Positions 61,967 to 64,000 of a DNA stretch of 64,000 nt are shown here, in pieces. The stretch's first letter is position 1, and the number at the start of each line of letters is the position of its first letter. Below the pieces are notes generated by a model. It was not told the origin of the DNA. It ran no database searches and saw only the letters and a list, made by a program, of their open reading frames with translations. Source of the stretch: Acidobacteriota bacterium (lineage in GTDB: Bacteria; Acidobacteriota; UBA890; WLXD01); the NCBI GenBank assembly GCA_963666055.2, contig CAXWPH010000011.1, positions 192,001 through 256,000 on the forward strand, given 5' to 3'. A program made the translations under genes and the position numbers.

Positions 61967-64000
61967 TCAAGGCTGCGCGGCGCAGAAGACCTCGAACGCG
62001 GGAGCCACAGTGCCGGGCGGCGCACCCGCACGCAGTAGTTCGGAGATCAGCGGCGTCGCAGCACAGGCGCCAGGTAGCAGGCTCGCCAGCGTCTGGCCAT
62101 CGTCGCGCCCCGCTCCGATGAGCCACCGGAGCGCCGCGTGAAGATCGTGGAGCGTCGCCAGGACCGACTCCAACGACATGTCGTCGCGTGGGCTGGCGAA
62201 GCGCACGAAGGCCTGCGCGATGCCCAACGGGGTCAGCACTCGGCCGAGAGTCTGGCCAGATTCGTCGAGCACTCCCCACCAGCCGTGCAAAGTCTCGTCG
62301 CCACGGTCGATCGGTCGCGCCAATCCCACCAGCAGCCGCCCGTTTGCGAGGTCAGCCTGTGCCACCGATTGGGCCGCAGCCGGCCATTGCTCTGGCGAGG
62401 CATCCTCGGCGAGCCACCACTGCAACCGGCCGCCGCTGCCGACAGCCCGTAGCGTCACGTCAAAGGCAGTCACCGGCGGGCGGTCTGCAACACGGTTCAA
62501 CACCTGGCCCGTGAGTGCCGAGCGCAACAGCCCGTACGCGCCGGCAGTCGCCGATCTCTGGTGGCGCTCCAGCCCGCCGAGGCGCAGCGGATCGCTCGTC
62601 CAAACCGTCAGTCGACCCTCGCTCTCCACAGCGGGCGGCGTCCAGTGCACGGCTGCCATGCGGGCGGAACCCCGATACGCCCCCCGGGCGGGTGGCCGCA
62701 GGCTCTCACCAGCCACCAGCAGGGCAACAGCGATGGCATCCAGGCCGTCCCTTTCGAGCACCTGCCAGGACCGTAGTGCGGCGATGTGCAACGCCGTTGC
62801 CGGGTGCTCGGGGTCGCCGGCCTCGACCTTCGGTCCGGCTGGCCGCAGCTCCAGCACCGGTCCCACGGGCGGCGACATCGAACGGTTGCGCGGTCGCACC
62901 GCCCACGCTTCGAAAGCTGCGAGCTCGGCAACCGACAGCTCACTCAACGCGTCGAAAAGGGGCACCGTCCGATCCCGGAGGTAGGCTCGCGGCATCGCGC
63001 CAGAAGCGAAGACAACCGCCAGGCGCGCCAGCGGGTCGGCGCCGAACGGGATGCGGGCATGAATGTCAGACCCCATTGGGACGTCAACGTCGATCTCGAG
63101 CTCGACCTGTGCAAGTTCAGCAAGCTCAATCAGCGGGGTAATGGCCGTTCGGCCCGCAGCCCTGAGCTGCAGCGCCACGGATCCAACCGGGGCGGGAACC
63201 AGCACGTCGGCGAGGGCCGCGGCAAGTCGCGCTGCCGCTTCGGCTTCTTCGCCGAGTGGCTCATCAGGCGGAGCGTCCTCCAGCGAAGCCTCCGTATCCA
63301 CGACCACGACCTCGACGAGATCCTCCGAGGCGTTTTCTACGACGCGATCTAGGCGCACGATCGAGCCAATCAACTCGCCCAGCGGCAACTCCAGGTTCAC
63401 AAGCGTAGCTTCGTCGAGCTGAACGCGGATCGACGCCATCGTACGGAGAACCGCCGGTGGCGCATCGAAGGCCGCACCTCGTTGCCCGACCGTCTCGCCA
63501 ATGGCGGTGCCGGCAAACGACGCATCCATGGCAATCCATTGATCGTCCCGACGTACTTCTAGCCACCAGTGGTCGGCGGCCATCTCGATCCACCGGAGCC
63601 AGGGATCGCCACGGCCAGTGTGTGTGGCGGCAGGTTCGCCTACCAGCGCCACCGCGTCGCGCCACGCAAGGCGGCCGCGCACCAGCCTCACAGCGATGCC
63701 ACGGGCGCGATAAAGCCCCGCAAGCAGCAGCGTCTGGTCGAGCGAGTTACCGCTGGACGCCAGCAAAGCGCCGCGAGCGCCGCGCACACTGCCGGCGTAG
63801 GGCTCGTATCGTACCTGGCGTTGAACGAAACGAAACGGCCCCTCGATACCGGGTTCGAGTCTGGCGCTCAGCGTTGCTACGTCATCGCCCGCTGGTGCGC
63901 GGCGGGGCGACTGGAGCCCCAGCATTACCTCCTCGACATCGACACGCTCAAAAAACGTTCGCAACGTAGCGACCGCCGCGTCAGGCCATTGAACGACCGG
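61967..64000 (-). CDS. Hypothetical protein with transglutaminase-like core; 5' end beyond the window
   Basis: YEPYAGSVRGA.GAL...SGNSLDQTLLLA...DHWWLEV...WIAMD; frame open to 64000. Confidence 0.65.
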   Translation of the reverse strand, partial: PVVQWPDAAVATLRTFFERVDVEEVMLGLQSPRRAPAGDDVATLSARLEPGIEGPFRFVQRQVRYEPYAGSVRGARGALLASSGNSLDQTLLLAGLYRARGIAVRLVRGRLAWRDAVALVGEPAATHTGRGDPWLRWIEMAADHWWLEVRRDDQWIAMDASFAGTAIGETVGQRGAAFDAPPAVLRTMASIRVQLDEATLVNLELPLGELIGSIVRLDRVVENASEDLVEVVVVDTEASLEDAPPDEPLGEEAEAAARLAAALADVLVPAPVGSVALQLRAAGRTAITPLIELAELAQVELEIDVDVPMGSDIHARIPFGADPLARLAVVFASGAMPRAYLRDRTVPLFDALSELSVAELAAFEAWAVRPRNRSMSPPVGPVLELRPAGPKVEAGDPEHPATALHIAALRSWQVLERDGLDAIAVALLVAGESLRPPARGAYRGSARMAAVHWTPPAVESEGRLTVWTSDPLRLGGLERHQRSATAGAYGLLRSALTGQVLNRVADRPPVTAFDVTLRAVGSGGRLQWWLAEDASPEQWPAAAQSVAQADLANGRLLVGLARPIDRGDETLHGWWGVLDESGQTLGRVLTPLGIAQAFVRFASPRDDMSLESVLATLHDLHAALRWLIGAGRDDGQTLASLLPGACAATPLISELLRAGAPPGTVAPAFEVFCAAQP

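Overview
GC-rich bacterial chromosomal window, most likely Acidobacteriota. This is inferred from PadR-ADOP permease pairs, a GWxTD protein, a DUF507 pair and a long LptC/OstA-like protein. Most of it is housekeeping: secA, guaB, tsaE, nnr, aroC, ltaE, uvrA, comEC, tdk, tatC, mazG, two convergent heat-shock operons (dnaK-dnaJ-hspR and CIRCE-hrcA-grpE-dnaJ-rsmE), PBP1A, frameshifting prfB, lnt, nfeD-SPFH, and lptB-rpoN-hpf-hprK-rapZ-EIIA-HPr-ptsI. Four things are not explained by the gene calls. (1) A modular, CTAG-flanked palindromic MITE-like family (5 clear copies and 1 decayed) has co-varying ends and overlaps host stop codons. (2) A 21-bp direct repeat duplicating the 3' end of ptsI brackets a 1.8-kb integrase-less mini-island (Rieske ferredoxin, Rho-N-like protein, Ser/Thr kinase relic, GFA protein). 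(3) A putative three-gene c-di-GMP cassette (stand-alone MshEN, HEAT protein, GYP-less HD-GYP, the last two sharing an N-terminal domain) has its own AT-rich promoter and sits on the opposite strand between lptC/A and lptB. (4) A DnaD-like orphan and a DnaC/DnaI-like ATPase may form a helicase-loading pair. Three single-base frameshifts in short runs suggest assembly errors. I saw no rRNA, tRNA, CRISPR array, transposase or integrase. All calls come from reading motifs by eye; no database searches were run.
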